NCBI GenBank assembly: GCA_040753015.1
Contig: JBFMHM010000004.1
Span: forward strand, 10,853-74,852
Length of the DNA: 64,000 nt
From: Candidatus Omnitrophota bacterium
GTDB lineage: Bacteria; Omnitrophota; Gorgyraeia; Gygaellales; JBFMHM01
Direction: 5' to 3'
Position 1 is the first letter of the stretch, and the number at the start of each line of letters is the position of its first letter. The notes under the pieces were generated by a model that was not told where the DNA came from, searched no databases, and saw only the letters and a list, made by a program, of their open reading frames with translations. The position numbers and the translations under genes were made by a program. Shown piece after piece: positions 38,017 through 46,665 of this stretch.

Positions 38017-38433
38017 TTATATATCAAATATAACTTGCGCTTGATAACCAGAATTTATTTTTTTTACAGAAAGCTCATGATAAGTTACAGCTTTAATCTC
38101 TTTATTTAATCGATGTTTTCCTAAATCAAGCTCTTCGCCAAAGGCCTCTGCTTCTAATTTTGTATCTGATATCTTTTTAATCTTAAAATCTTTAAGTATA
38201 ATCTCTTTAGCGCTAAATTGGTAAAGCAATTCCCTTAACCAGCTAATAAATAATTCTTCCAGATTAGACGCTTTTAGCTCGATGATAATCCTTTTGGTTG
38301 ACTTTACGCGACGTAATTCGGCAATATTATCAAATAACCCAACGGCGGCATTTATAAATAAATCTGTTAAATTCTTACCATAAACCCTTAACCCAAAATC
38401 CGCCGTATGTTCAATAAACTCGTATTTTTTCAT
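38017..38433 (-). CDS. Archease (RtcB activator)
   Basis: FIEHTADFGLRVYG archease N-terminal motif. The start is set at MKKYEF (38433) because the longer ORF overlaps tRNA-Lys. Confidence 0.8.
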   Translation of the reverse strand: MKKYEFIEHTADFGLRVYGKNLTDLFINAAVGLFDNIAELRRVKSTKRIIIELKASNLEELFISWLRELLYQFSAKEIILKDFKIKKISDTKLEAEAFGEELDLGKHRLNKEIKAVTYHELSVKKINSGYQAQVIFDI

Positions 38434-38440
38434 TATAATA

Positions 38441-38513
38441 TGGGCCATGCTGGAATCGAACCAGCAACCTTGACATTAAGAGTGTCCTGCTCTGCCAATT
38501 GAGCTAATGGCCC
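38441..38513 (-). tRNA. tRNA-Lys (anticodon CUU)
   Basis: GGGCCAT/ATGGCCC acceptor, D-arm GCTCAATTGGCAGAGC, anticodon loop CUCUUAA, T-loop GGTTCGATTCC. Confidence 0.85.
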
Positions 38514-38552
38514 AAAAATATAAACTGCTTTTCTTAGCATTATAGCACAAAA

Positions 38553-38885
38553 TTAATAATTTTCCGCCACTACCTCATAATAACTTTGCGGATGTTTACA
38601 GGCAGGGCATTCTCTAGGGGCATCTGTGCCTTCAAAAATATAACCGCAATTAATACAATGCCATTTCATAGTAGTTTTCTTTTTAAAAACTTCATTACTA
38701 GCTATATTATTAATTAATTTACGATATCTGGATTCATGGAAATTTTCAACTTTTGCAATTTGCTCCAATCCTTCTTTTTTAGCTACTGATGCAAAATAAG
38801 CATACCTGTTTCTTGCCTGTGATTCACCGGCAAATGCAGCTAAAAGATTTTTTTCTGTCTTTGCACCTTTGATTGTTTTACTCAT
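38553..38885 (-). CDS. Short rubrerythrin-like protein (truncated ferritin-like domain plus C-terminal rubredoxin-like CxxC..CxxC)
   Basis: 110 aa. EGESQARNRY and ENFHESRY di-iron-like motifs, then CINCGY...CPACKHP. A good GGAGA RBS precedes the ATG. Confidence 0.6.
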   Translation of the reverse strand: MSKTIKGAKTEKNLLAAFAGESQARNRYAYFASVAKKEGLEQIAKVENFHESRYRKLINNIASNEVFKKKTTMKWHCINCGYIFEGTDAPRECPACKHPQSYYEVVAENY

Positions 38886-38916
38886 ACGACTCTCCTGGTA
38901 TAGCTTTAGTTATCGC

Positions 38917-38932
38917 GCCCGGTAGGTAGGAA
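38917..38932 (-). pseudogene. tRNA-Arg 3'-end fragment (acceptor/T-stem remnant)
   Basis: ATCGCGCCCGGTAGG matches the 3' end of tRNA-Arg(ACG) at 25834-25849 (ATCGCGCCCGGCAGG) at 14/15 positions. It lies 18 nt downstream of tRNA-Arg(UCG). Confidence 0.5.
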
Positions 38933-38949
38933 ACCAACCTCAAGTTTTA

Positions 38950-39022
38950 TGCGCCCAGGTGGAGTCGAACCACCAATAGCCAGTTCCGAAGACTGGTGCC
39001 TTATCCATTAGGCAATGGGCGC
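38950..39022 (-). tRNA. tRNA-Arg (anticodon UCG)
   Basis: GCGCCCA/TGGGCGC acceptor, anticodon stem CCAGU/ACUGG with loop CUUCGGA, T-loop GGTTCGACTCC. Confidence 0.8.
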
Positions 39023-39023
39023 A

Positions 39024-39734
39024 TTAAATAATTTCGCAATTTTTACCTAAGATTTTTTTAATTTTTTTCAACCGGCTTAAAGACACCAACTTTGCAATTG
39101 AATCTTTTGGCTTTCTAATTGGCGAATTCAATTGAATTCTATCTGGCTGTATTTCTTCAATAACTTTTTTTAACTGTCTTGCATAATCTAAACTATCATT
39201 TAAATCTTTTAAAATCATTACCTCAAGCCAGATTTCTCCTTTAAATTCTTGACGAAATTTAATTAGCCCGTTAATAATATCCTTTATTTTTATCCCAAAA
39301 ACTGGTTTATCAATCTCTTTAAATATTTTTTCATCAATTGCATCTAAGGATGGCACAACTAAATTTGCACCTAACAATGCCTTCCTAATAATTCTATCGC
39401 CAAATAATGATGAATTAGTTATAACACATATTGGAATATCTGTAATTTTTTTAATTTCTTGAATAAGTCGTCCAAATTTTAAATTTAAAGTTGGCTCACC
39501 ATAACCAGAAAAAGAAATATAGTTGGGAATTTTTTTTGCAGTCTTTAGATATTGTTTTAGCTCGGCAAGAATATCTTTAATCTTAACATATTCTTTTTGC
39601 TTTGTTGTGAGTTTTGTAGTTTTTCCCAGCTGGCAATAAATACAATCAAAGCTGCATATCTTATAAGGAGTTAAAGTTATGCCAAGAGATAGACCAAGAC
39701 GACGAGAATGAAGCGGGCCATAAAGATATTTCAT
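39024..39734 (-). CDS. Radical SAM domain protein
   Basis: CSFDCIYC (CX3CX2C) near the N-terminus, after GPLHSRRLGLSLGI; 236 aa. Confidence 0.65.
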   Translation of the reverse strand: MKYLYGPLHSRRLGLSLGITLTPYKICSFDCIYCQLGKTTKLTTKQKEYVKIKDILAELKQYLKTAKKIPNYISFSGYGEPTLNLKFGRLIQEIKKITDIPICVITNSSLFGDRIIRKALLGANLVVPSLDAIDEKIFKEIDKPVFGIKIKDIINGLIKFRQEFKGEIWLEVMILKDLNDSLDYARQLKKVIEEIQPDRIQLNSPIRKPKDSIAKLVSLSRLKKIKKILGKNCEII

Positions 39735-40534
39735 ATTGCAACTATCGAAATATTAAATTTATCTGCGAGGTTAATACAAGCTTGTTTATCTAAAACAAGC
39801 GTCTTATCTGCTTCTATCGCAAGGCATGATACCTTCGCCTTGATTAAATTCTTTATTGTGCCTAGACCTACTACCGGAATATCAAAACGCATATCTTGAT
39901 TGGGCTTTGCTGTTTTTACAACGGTAAAACTGCCTCTTGAAATAAAACCTGCCCGTCTGATTGTAGCATCAGTCCCCTCAATTGCCTCAACTGCAATTAC
40001 TGTTTTATTTTTTACGCACACAGTCTGCCCTATATCAACTTCGCCAATTATTTTTGCGGCGTTTTTGCCAAATTCAATATCTTCTTGTTCTTCTAATATT
40101 GGAGATTTTTTTGTAAGAATGCCTTTTTGTGGAATATGATCTTGCAAATATAGCCGAGAATCTAAAAGTTCAATTCCTGCATTTTTTAACATATCACATA
40201 CACTAGAAAATATTGCATCAGCCTGACGCTTTTTTACAGATGCCAATAATGTTTTTATAAATTCGCTTTCTAATATTTTTTTATTAAATAAATGCCGTGG
40301 GTTAACTTGTCCGGACATAACTGCTTTTTGAATATTCTCTTTTTTAAATATTTCAATAATCTTTGGAAATTCGCATACGCTTATCCAGTAAAATTTACTA
40401 GATCTATTTTTAACTTGCTTATCTGTATCGCCTTTTATGCCAATAGTTACAACTTCAACATTTCGCTTAGATGCTTCTTCCAAAAAAAGCAAAGGAAATC
40501 TTCTATTGCCGGCAATTAAACCAATTCTTTCCAT
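39731..40534 (-). CDS. lpxI: UDP-2,3-diacylglucosamine hydrolase LpxI (DUF1009)
   Basis: IGLIAGNRRFP N-terminus; DIGQTV, EAIEGTDATIRRAG and DIPVVGLGTI motifs. It lies adjacent to lpxA, lpxC and lpxD. Confidence 0.75.
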   Translation of the reverse strand: MERIGLIAGNRRFPLLFLEEASKRNVEVVTIGIKGDTDKQVKNRSSKFYWISVCEFPKIIEIFKKENIQKAVMSGQVNPRHLFNKKILESEFIKTLLASVKKRQADAIFSSVCDMLKNAGIELLDSRLYLQDHIPQKGILTKKSPILEEQEDIEFGKNAAKIIGEVDIGQTVCVKNKTVIAVEAIEGTDATIRRAGFISRGSFTVVKTAKPNQDMRFDIPVVGLGTIKNLIKAKVSCLAIEADKTLVLDKQACINLADKFNISIVAI

Positions 40535-40542
40535 ATGATTAA

Positions 40543-41322
40543 TTATTTACAGATACCACGCTTTGAATTACGGACAAATTCAATTAAATTTTTAATCTCG
40601 GTGTGGAATGGCAACTCGCTTTGGACTTGCTCAATAGCATGTGATAGGTTCAACCCTTCGAAAAATAATATCTTAAATGCCTTTTTTAAATCAGCGATAA
40701 TCTCATTTTTGATACCAGCACGCCGTAAGCCAACTAAATTCACATTAAAAACTTTTGTCGGATGCCCATCGCAAACAGAATAAGGAGGAACGTCCTGAAC
40801 AACCTTAGAACAACCTCCAATAATTGACATTGTGCCAACTCTCGTAAATTGATGTATTGCAACAAGCCCGCCAATAACCGCACGGTCTTCGATTTCAACA
40901 TGTCCGGCTAAAGTACCCACATTTGCAATTATGCAATGGCTTCCTATAACGCAATCGTGAGCAACATGAGAATATGCCATAAATAAATTACTGTTTCCAA
41001 TGCTAGTAGTACCTTTATCTATTGTACCTAAATTGACTGTAACGAATTCACGAAATATATTGTTGTCACCAATAACGAGTTTTGTATCCTCTCCGTTATA
41101 CTTTAAATCTTGCGGAATACTACCAATTGAAGCACAAGAGAAAATTTTACAATTAGCACCAATAGTTGTATTTCCAGAAATTGTACAGGAATTAGCAATT
41201 TGTGTATTTGGGCCAATTTTAACATTCTCGCCAATTACTGTATAAGGCCCAACGCTTACGCCAAAGGCAAGATAAGCTTTTTTATGTATTATGGCTGTCT
41301 TATCTATCATATTATTGATCAA
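40543..41322 (-). CDS. lpxA: Acyl-ACP--UDP-GlcNAc O-acyltransferase
   Basis: Left-handed beta-helix hexapeptide repeats. An IIHKKA.L...V..GPYTVIGENVKIG N-terminus, then a C-terminal helical domain. Confidence 0.85.
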   Translation of the reverse strand: MINNMIDKTAIIHKKAYLAFGVSVGPYTVIGENVKIGPNTQIANSCTISGNTTIGANCKIFSCASIGSIPQDLKYNGEDTKLVIGDNNIFREFVTVNLGTIDKGTTSIGNSNLFMAYSHVAHDCVIGSHCIIANVGTLAGHVEIEDRAVIGGLVAIHQFTRVGTMSIIGGCSKVVQDVPPYSVCDGHPTKVFNVNLVGLRRAGIKNEIIADLKKAFKILFFEGLNLSHAIEQVQSELPFHTEIKNLIEFVRNSKRGICK

Positions 41323-42646
41323 CTAACGCAAACATCAAATCTGCTTCTGCAACAACCTTACCGTCTACCGTAGCCTTTGTAAATACCTGGCCTGTTCTTG
41401 AACGTATTTTACCAACATTGACTTCCATAACCAACGTATCCCCCGGTAAGACTGTTTTTCTAAATTTTATATTATTAGCCGCTAAGAAAAAAGCAAGTTT
41501 TCCTCGATTTTCCTCCGGGGCAAGCATTAAAACTCCGCCAACTTGCGCCATAGCCTCGACCAATAATACACCAGGCATAATTGGATTACCTGGAAAATGC
41601 CCGGTAAAAAAATTTTCATTCATTGTAACATTTTTTATCCCGATGGCACGCTTGCCCTTTTCCAAATGGATAATCTTATCTACCAATAGAAATGGGTAAC
41701 GATGAGGAAGGATCTTCATTATTTGACTAGCATTCAAAGGGTTATTTCTATCAATATTTTCTTTTATATTATAATTTGCCTTTATGGCTGCCGAATCAAA
41801 CCTATCTTTCTGTGCTTTTAACTTCATTAAAAACTTAATGTTTAACGCATGGCCGCTTTTTAAAGCAAAGATATTAGCTTTTAAAGGTAACTCAAAAATT
41901 CTTAAATCCCCGATTAGATCCATAACTTTATGCCTTACACATTCATCATTAAATCTTAGCTCATTATCAATTACACCATTCTTTCCAAGAACAAGTGTAT
42001 TTTTATAATTTGCGCCCTTACCAAAACCACTTTTTAAAAGGCCCTCTGCTTCTGACTCAAGACAAAAAGTGCGAGCACTTGCGATATCTTTTCTAAATGA
42101 ATCTGTATTCAATCTATATTCTAAATATTGTGAAGTTAATAACGGATGATTATAACTTAAAGTATAACAAATATGTAAAGAGTCCGACGGAAAAGCAACA
42201 ATAAAAGAATTTCCTTCTTCTACCCAAACCGGCTCTTTAAGAGTAAAATATTGTTTTCCTTCGCTCTGATCAACAATACCGCATTTCTCTAAAATATCAA
42301 AAAAATCTTTAGAACTTCCGTCCATTCCAGGAATTTCATTATTATCAATTTCGATAAATATATTATCAATCTCTAGCGCAGCAATAGCGGAAAGTAAGTG
42401 CTCAATTGTAAATATTTCTACAGAATCTTTGGTAATCGATGAACGTCTTAGGCTGCCGCTTGAATTAGGACCTGATAAATTATCGACGCAAACTTTAATT
42501 ATTATTTTTTCAGAATGATCTACTCTAATAAAATTAATCCCAGAATTAACTGGGGCAGGCTTAAATTTGATGTTTGTAATATTTCCGGTATGTAACCCAA
42601 TACCCGATAACGCAGCTTCTTTTTTTATTGTCTTTTGTAAAATCAT
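41312..42646 (-). CDS. lpxC-fabZ: Bifunctional UDP-3-O-acyl-GlcNAc deacetylase / 3-hydroxyacyl-ACP dehydratase (LpxC-FabZ fusion)
   Basis: The N-terminal ~280 aa are LpxC-like (SGIGLHTG). The C-terminal ~150 aa are FabZ hot-dog fold (LPHRYPFLLVDKI...FFTGHFPGNPIMPGVL). Confidence 0.85.
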   Translation of the reverse strand: MILQKTIKKEAALSGIGLHTGNITNIKFKPAPVNSGINFIRVDHSEKIIIKVCVDNLSGPNSSGSLRRSSITKDSVEIFTIEHLLSAIAALEIDNIFIEIDNNEIPGMDGSSKDFFDILEKCGIVDQSEGKQYFTLKEPVWVEEGNSFIVAFPSDSLHICYTLSYNHPLLTSQYLEYRLNTDSFRKDIASARTFCLESEAEGLLKSGFGKGANYKNTLVLGKNGVIDNELRFNDECVRHKVMDLIGDLRIFELPLKANIFALKSGHALNIKFLMKLKAQKDRFDSAAIKANYNIKENIDRNNPLNASQIMKILPHRYPFLLVDKIIHLEKGKRAIGIKNVTMNENFFTGHFPGNPIMPGVLLVEAMAQVGGVLMLAPEENRGKLAFFLAANNIKFRKTVLPGDTLVMEVNVGKIRSRTGQVFTKATVDGKVVAEADLMFALVDQ

Positions 42647-42647
42647 A

Positions 42648-43700
42648 TTATTTTCCCAAAGGCGGATTATCTTCTAAAGCCTTTAATCTTTTCTCTAAAT
42701 CTTCAATTTTTTTGTAGGCTTCTGGGAGCTTCTGAACGCAGGCATCAACACGCAAGGCAATATTATGCGGTCTGGCTGGATAACCAGAAACTTTTGTATT
42801 ACTTGGGACTGATTTCGTGATTCCTGCTTGAGCGGCGAGTATTGCATTATCGCCCACTTCAATATGGCCGACTAACCCAGCCTGGCCAGCAATAATTACA
42901 TTATTCCCAATCTTCGTTGAACCAGAAATCCCCGCCTGCGCAATTATAATTGAATTTTCGCCAATAATTACATTGTGAGCAATCTGAACTAGGTTATCTA
43001 TTTTTGTACCGCGCCCAATAATTGTTTTATCAAAACGCGCACGGTCAATTGTGACGTTTGCCCCGATATCAACATCATCTTCGATAACAACAGTTCCTAC
43101 CTGAGGAATACGATGATGAACACCTCCTACATTAACATATCCAAAACCATCTGCTCCAATTACTGTACCACTATGAATAATAACATTATTACCTATTAAA
43201 ATATCTTCCCTAATCGTGACATTTGAATAAATAATACTATTTTTACCAATTTTTGTATTATGGCCAATATAACAACCTGGGTAGATTACAGAATTGTTGC
43301 CAATTTCCACACCATTTTCAATTACAGAGTATGCACCAATACCAATATCTTTACCTAATACAACATTTTTTCCTAATAAAACACTATTGTGTATATTTTT
43401 TGGATGAGCTAAAGAAGAAGGATAAATCAAAGAAACTAATTTTGCAAATGCAAGTGATGGATTATTGGTCTGAATAATTGGTTTTGTAGCCTCTTTAACA
43501 TCAAAAGAAGTAATAACTGCTGCGGCTCTTGTTGTATTAATCAAAGAAGCATATCTAGGATTAGCTAAAAAAGAAATCTCGCTCTCATTAGCTTCCTCAA
43601 TCCCGCGTACGCCGGTAATAATTATATCTGGGCTACCTATAAGATTGCCTTCTAAGATTTCCGCAATCTCTCTTAATGTCTTGTTAAATTTCATCGACAA
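42648..43700 (-). CDS. lpxD: UDP-3-O-acylglucosamine N-acyltransferase
   Basis: 350 aa with extended hexapeptide-repeat LbetaH and a C-terminal coiled coil; lpx cluster context. Confidence 0.85.
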   Translation of the reverse strand: MSMKFNKTLREIAEILEGNLIGSPDIIITGVRGIEEANESEISFLANPRYASLINTTRAAAVITSFDVKEATKPIIQTNNPSLAFAKLVSLIYPSSLAHPKNIHNSVLLGKNVVLGKDIGIGAYSVIENGVEIGNNSVIYPGCYIGHNTKIGKNSIIYSNVTIREDILIGNNVIIHSGTVIGADGFGYVNVGGVHHRIPQVGTVVIEDDVDIGANVTIDRARFDKTIIGRGTKIDNLVQIAHNVIIGENSIIIAQAGISGSTKIGNNVIIAGQAGLVGHIEVGDNAILAAQAGITKSVPSNTKVSGYPARPHNIALRVDACVQKLPEAYKKIEDLEKRLKALEDNPPLGK

Positions 43701-43705
43701 AAAGA

Positions 43706-44230
43706 TTATTTTTTACTACCCTTGGAAGACCCGCTATTTTTAACATTCAATTTTTTCAAAATAGCATCAGTAACTTCTAATTTTTTATCAGCGTAAAGAA
43801 GTGCCCGGTCGTGGAAAATAATTGTATATCCCTCACTAACCGCATAATCATTAATAACTTTTGTGATGTCTTCAACGATTTCTTTCCTCTTTTCAAAATC
43901 TTCTTTACGTAAATCGAGTTGCTTCTGTTGATCAAACGTATCTAAAGCTTTTGCTTTATTTTCAATCTCATTTTTCTTGGCTTCTTTTTCTTTATCACTA
44001 AGCAAACTTAATTTATTTTGTATTTCTTTTATCTCATCTACCTTTTTATTGCGTTCGGTTTCATAATCTTTTAACTTTACTTCCATAAGGGAAATATGCT
44101 GCTTTGTTTTATCGTATTCATTAATCAGCTTCTCTGAATCTACATAACCAAATTTCATCTCTGCAAAAGCCGATGTTGAAATTATACCCAAAAATAATAT
44201 CACAATAACAATACTAAATATTTTTTTCAT
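43706..44230 (-). CDS. skp: Periplasmic chaperone Skp/OmpH
   Basis: 174 aa with a signal peptide and a Lys/Glu-rich coiled coil. It lies between bamA and lpxD, the canonical position. Confidence 0.75.
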   Translation of the reverse strand: MKKIFSIVIVILFLGIISTSAFAEMKFGYVDSEKLINEYDKTKQHISLMEVKLKDYETERNKKVDEIKEIQNKLSLLSDKEKEAKKNEIENKAKALDTFDQQKQLDLRKEDFEKRKEIVEDITKVINDYAVSEGYTIIFHDRALLYADKKLEVTDAILKKLNVKNSGSSKGSKK

Positions 44231-44247
44231 TCTTATATCCTCCTTTT

Positions 44248-46614
44248 TTAGAAACTCGAACCCATACTAAAATGAAATTTACCAGATCTTTTCTCTTCAC
44301 CCGGTTCAAGATTTAATGGATAACCATAATCAATTCTAACCGGCCCCATCGGCGTCTTTACACGAAGACCAACGCCTATACCTGATCTAAAATGCCCAGA
44401 GCCAAAATTTTCAACCTTTTCCCAAACATTACCTATATCATAAAATGCAGCTCCCTTTACGAATTGAAATATAGGAAAAATATATTCGATATTACCTACC
44501 ATAATTGCTTCACCACCGATAGGTTCATCGGTTTGAGGATCAATAGGGCCGACTTTTCTCTCATGGTAACCTCTTATTGTATCTGAACCTCCGGCAAAAT
44601 AACGCTCGTAAATTGGTACCTCGTCAGAATCACCAAAAGAATTTGCTATTCCAGCCATCAACCTCAATTCTAAAACAGTGACCTTGATAATTGGAAAATA
44701 TTGTTTAAATGTAGCGCGTGTTTTAACAAAATTCTTAGTTCCTCCCCAAGGCCCACCAGCTGTCTCAACGTTACCACCTAAATAAGTCCCTTTCATAGGA
44801 TTTAAAATATTATCGCGATTATCAAAAGCAGCGCCTAAAGTCATGCTACTTATTCTATTATTTCCCTCTTCTTTCTTTAGCTCATTACCCGCGTTAGTAT
44901 CAACATCTTTTATCTTTATATTTTCTAATTTATAAGTTAACCCTGCACTTATATATTCTGTTATATCCTTACTAAACCGCACATCGCCACCGACCCTATT
45001 TTCATTATAGGCATATCCTGTACTAGAATCCTTGCTATGAGTCCATTTATAAACATCAAAACCAAAAGACAAAGGATAATCAAAAATCCAGGGTTCTGTA
45101 AAACTTAAATTAAAATTATTAGTAACCGAACCTGCCTCTGCGCGTAATTTTAAATTCTGCCCATCACCTGTGAAGTAAGGAAAATTTTTCCAATCAAAAT
45201 TCTTTTGCTCAACTTCTATAAAACCAACTAATTTATCAACCGTACTATACCCGCCTCCAACACTAAACTGCCCGGTCTTTGATTCTTTAACCTCTACAAC
45301 TAAATTTTTCTTATCCTCAACATTGCTATTCTCTGTATCGAAATTAACCTCTTCAAAAAATCCTAAGTTTTGTAGGCGTTCACGGCTCCTGCGTATTTTT
45401 GACCCATCAAAACGATCTCCAGGATAAAGCCTTAATTCCCGTCTTATAACGACGTCTTTTGTCTTAGTATTACCTTTAACCTTAACTAAATTAACATATG
45501 CTATATCATTTTCGATAATAACATATTTTATATCGACGAGGCCTGTCTTTGGGCTAACGTTGACTGTATCAGTTATTTTTACAGAAATATAACCCTTGTC
45601 ATAATACATCTGTTGAATTATAAACACATCCTCCCGCATTGCATCTTGACTATAAACCTTACCTGGTATACAATTTTCCAGTTTTTTACGAATCTGATCT
45701 GTAGTAAAAACTTTATTCCCTTCGATAATAATATCCCCAGTCAAATATTTTTTGCCTTCATTAATCACTATTGTAATATCGATAAATGTCCGCCCATTTA
45801 TCAAAGTAGGCTCGACTTTAGAATCTACTTCAACATCGCTAAAACCTTCTCTTTGATAGAACATTTTGACTCTCTCAAGATCCTCGTCCAACTCAATTTC
45901 TTTCAATATACCCATACGTAGCAAAAATATATTTGCTGGCTTTGTTTTCATAAGCTCAAGCAATTTATTAGATTTTATTGAATTATTACCTTCAAATTTA
46001 ACTGAACGTATTTTTGCCTTTAATCCTTCTTCAATAGTAATAATAACTTTCGCTTTATTCGAAGTTTTATCTACTTCGGCATTTGGAATAACCGAAACAT
46101 CCGGATACCCTCTTTTAACATATAAATCCTTAATTGTATCTACATCCAAATTAAGTTGTGAATAATCGAGGTATGCGCCCTTTCTCAGCATAATAGAATC
46201 TTCAATCTTTTTCCTTGGCAATATCCTAGAGCCAACAATTTTAAATTCATCGATCAATGGTTTTTCTACAACTGTAAAAATTATCTTAATTTTATCAGAT
46301 GCAATATTTTCTGTGTCTACATTTACTTCGCTAAAATAACCTGAAGAATAAAGACGTTTAATATCATCGCTAATGACTAGTTCAACATACGGCTGATTCA
46401 CTCTTGTTTTGATTTTCGAAAGTATATTTTCTTCAGAAATTGAAGTATTACCTTGAATTTTAATCTCAGAAACGATTGGCCCATCTTGAGCAACGGCTTC
46501 TGATGCCTGCGCCTGGGTAACTAATAATGAATCACTGGATTCTTCTTGTCCATATACACAAGAAGAGAATAAAACTAAGGCTAGAATTAGGAAAAAGAAT
46601 ATATTTTTTTTCAT
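44248..46614 (-). CDS. bamA: Outer membrane protein assembly factor BamA (Omp85)
   Basis: 788 aa with a signal peptide, multiple POTRA repeats and a C-terminal beta-barrel ending in an aromatic residue (MGSSF). Confidence 0.85.
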   Translation of the reverse strand: MKKNIFFFLILALVLFSSCVYGQEESSDSLLVTQAQASEAVAQDGPIVSEIKIQGNTSISEENILSKIKTRVNQPYVELVISDDIKRLYSSGYFSEVNVDTENIASDKIKIIFTVVEKPLIDEFKIVGSRILPRKKIEDSIMLRKGAYLDYSQLNLDVDTIKDLYVKRGYPDVSVIPNAEVDKTSNKAKVIITIEEGLKAKIRSVKFEGNNSIKSNKLLELMKTKPANIFLLRMGILKEIELDEDLERVKMFYQREGFSDVEVDSKVEPTLINGRTFIDITIVINEGKKYLTGDIIIEGNKVFTTDQIRKKLENCIPGKVYSQDAMREDVFIIQQMYYDKGYISVKITDTVNVSPKTGLVDIKYVIIENDIAYVNLVKVKGNTKTKDVVIRRELRLYPGDRFDGSKIRRSRERLQNLGFFEEVNFDTENSNVEDKKNLVVEVKESKTGQFSVGGGYSTVDKLVGFIEVEQKNFDWKNFPYFTGDGQNLKLRAEAGSVTNNFNLSFTEPWIFDYPLSFGFDVYKWTHSKDSSTGYAYNENRVGGDVRFSKDITEYISAGLTYKLENIKIKDVDTNAGNELKKEEGNNRISSMTLGAAFDNRDNILNPMKGTYLGGNVETAGGPWGGTKNFVKTRATFKQYFPIIKVTVLELRLMAGIANSFGDSDEVPIYERYFAGGSDTIRGYHERKVGPIDPQTDEPIGGEAIMVGNIEYIFPIFQFVKGAAFYDIGNVWEKVENFGSGHFRSGIGVGLRVKTPMGPVRIDYGYPLNLEPGEEKRSGKFHFSMGSSF

Positions 46615-46665
46615 TAATTAAATAATTTAAGATTATATTATATTAAATAAAAATAATAAAGTCAA

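Noticed and set aside
38434-38448. Longer archease start (ORF to 38448)
   Set aside because: It overlaps the 3' end of tRNA-Lys (38441). The internal Met at 38433 gives a normal archease N-terminus.
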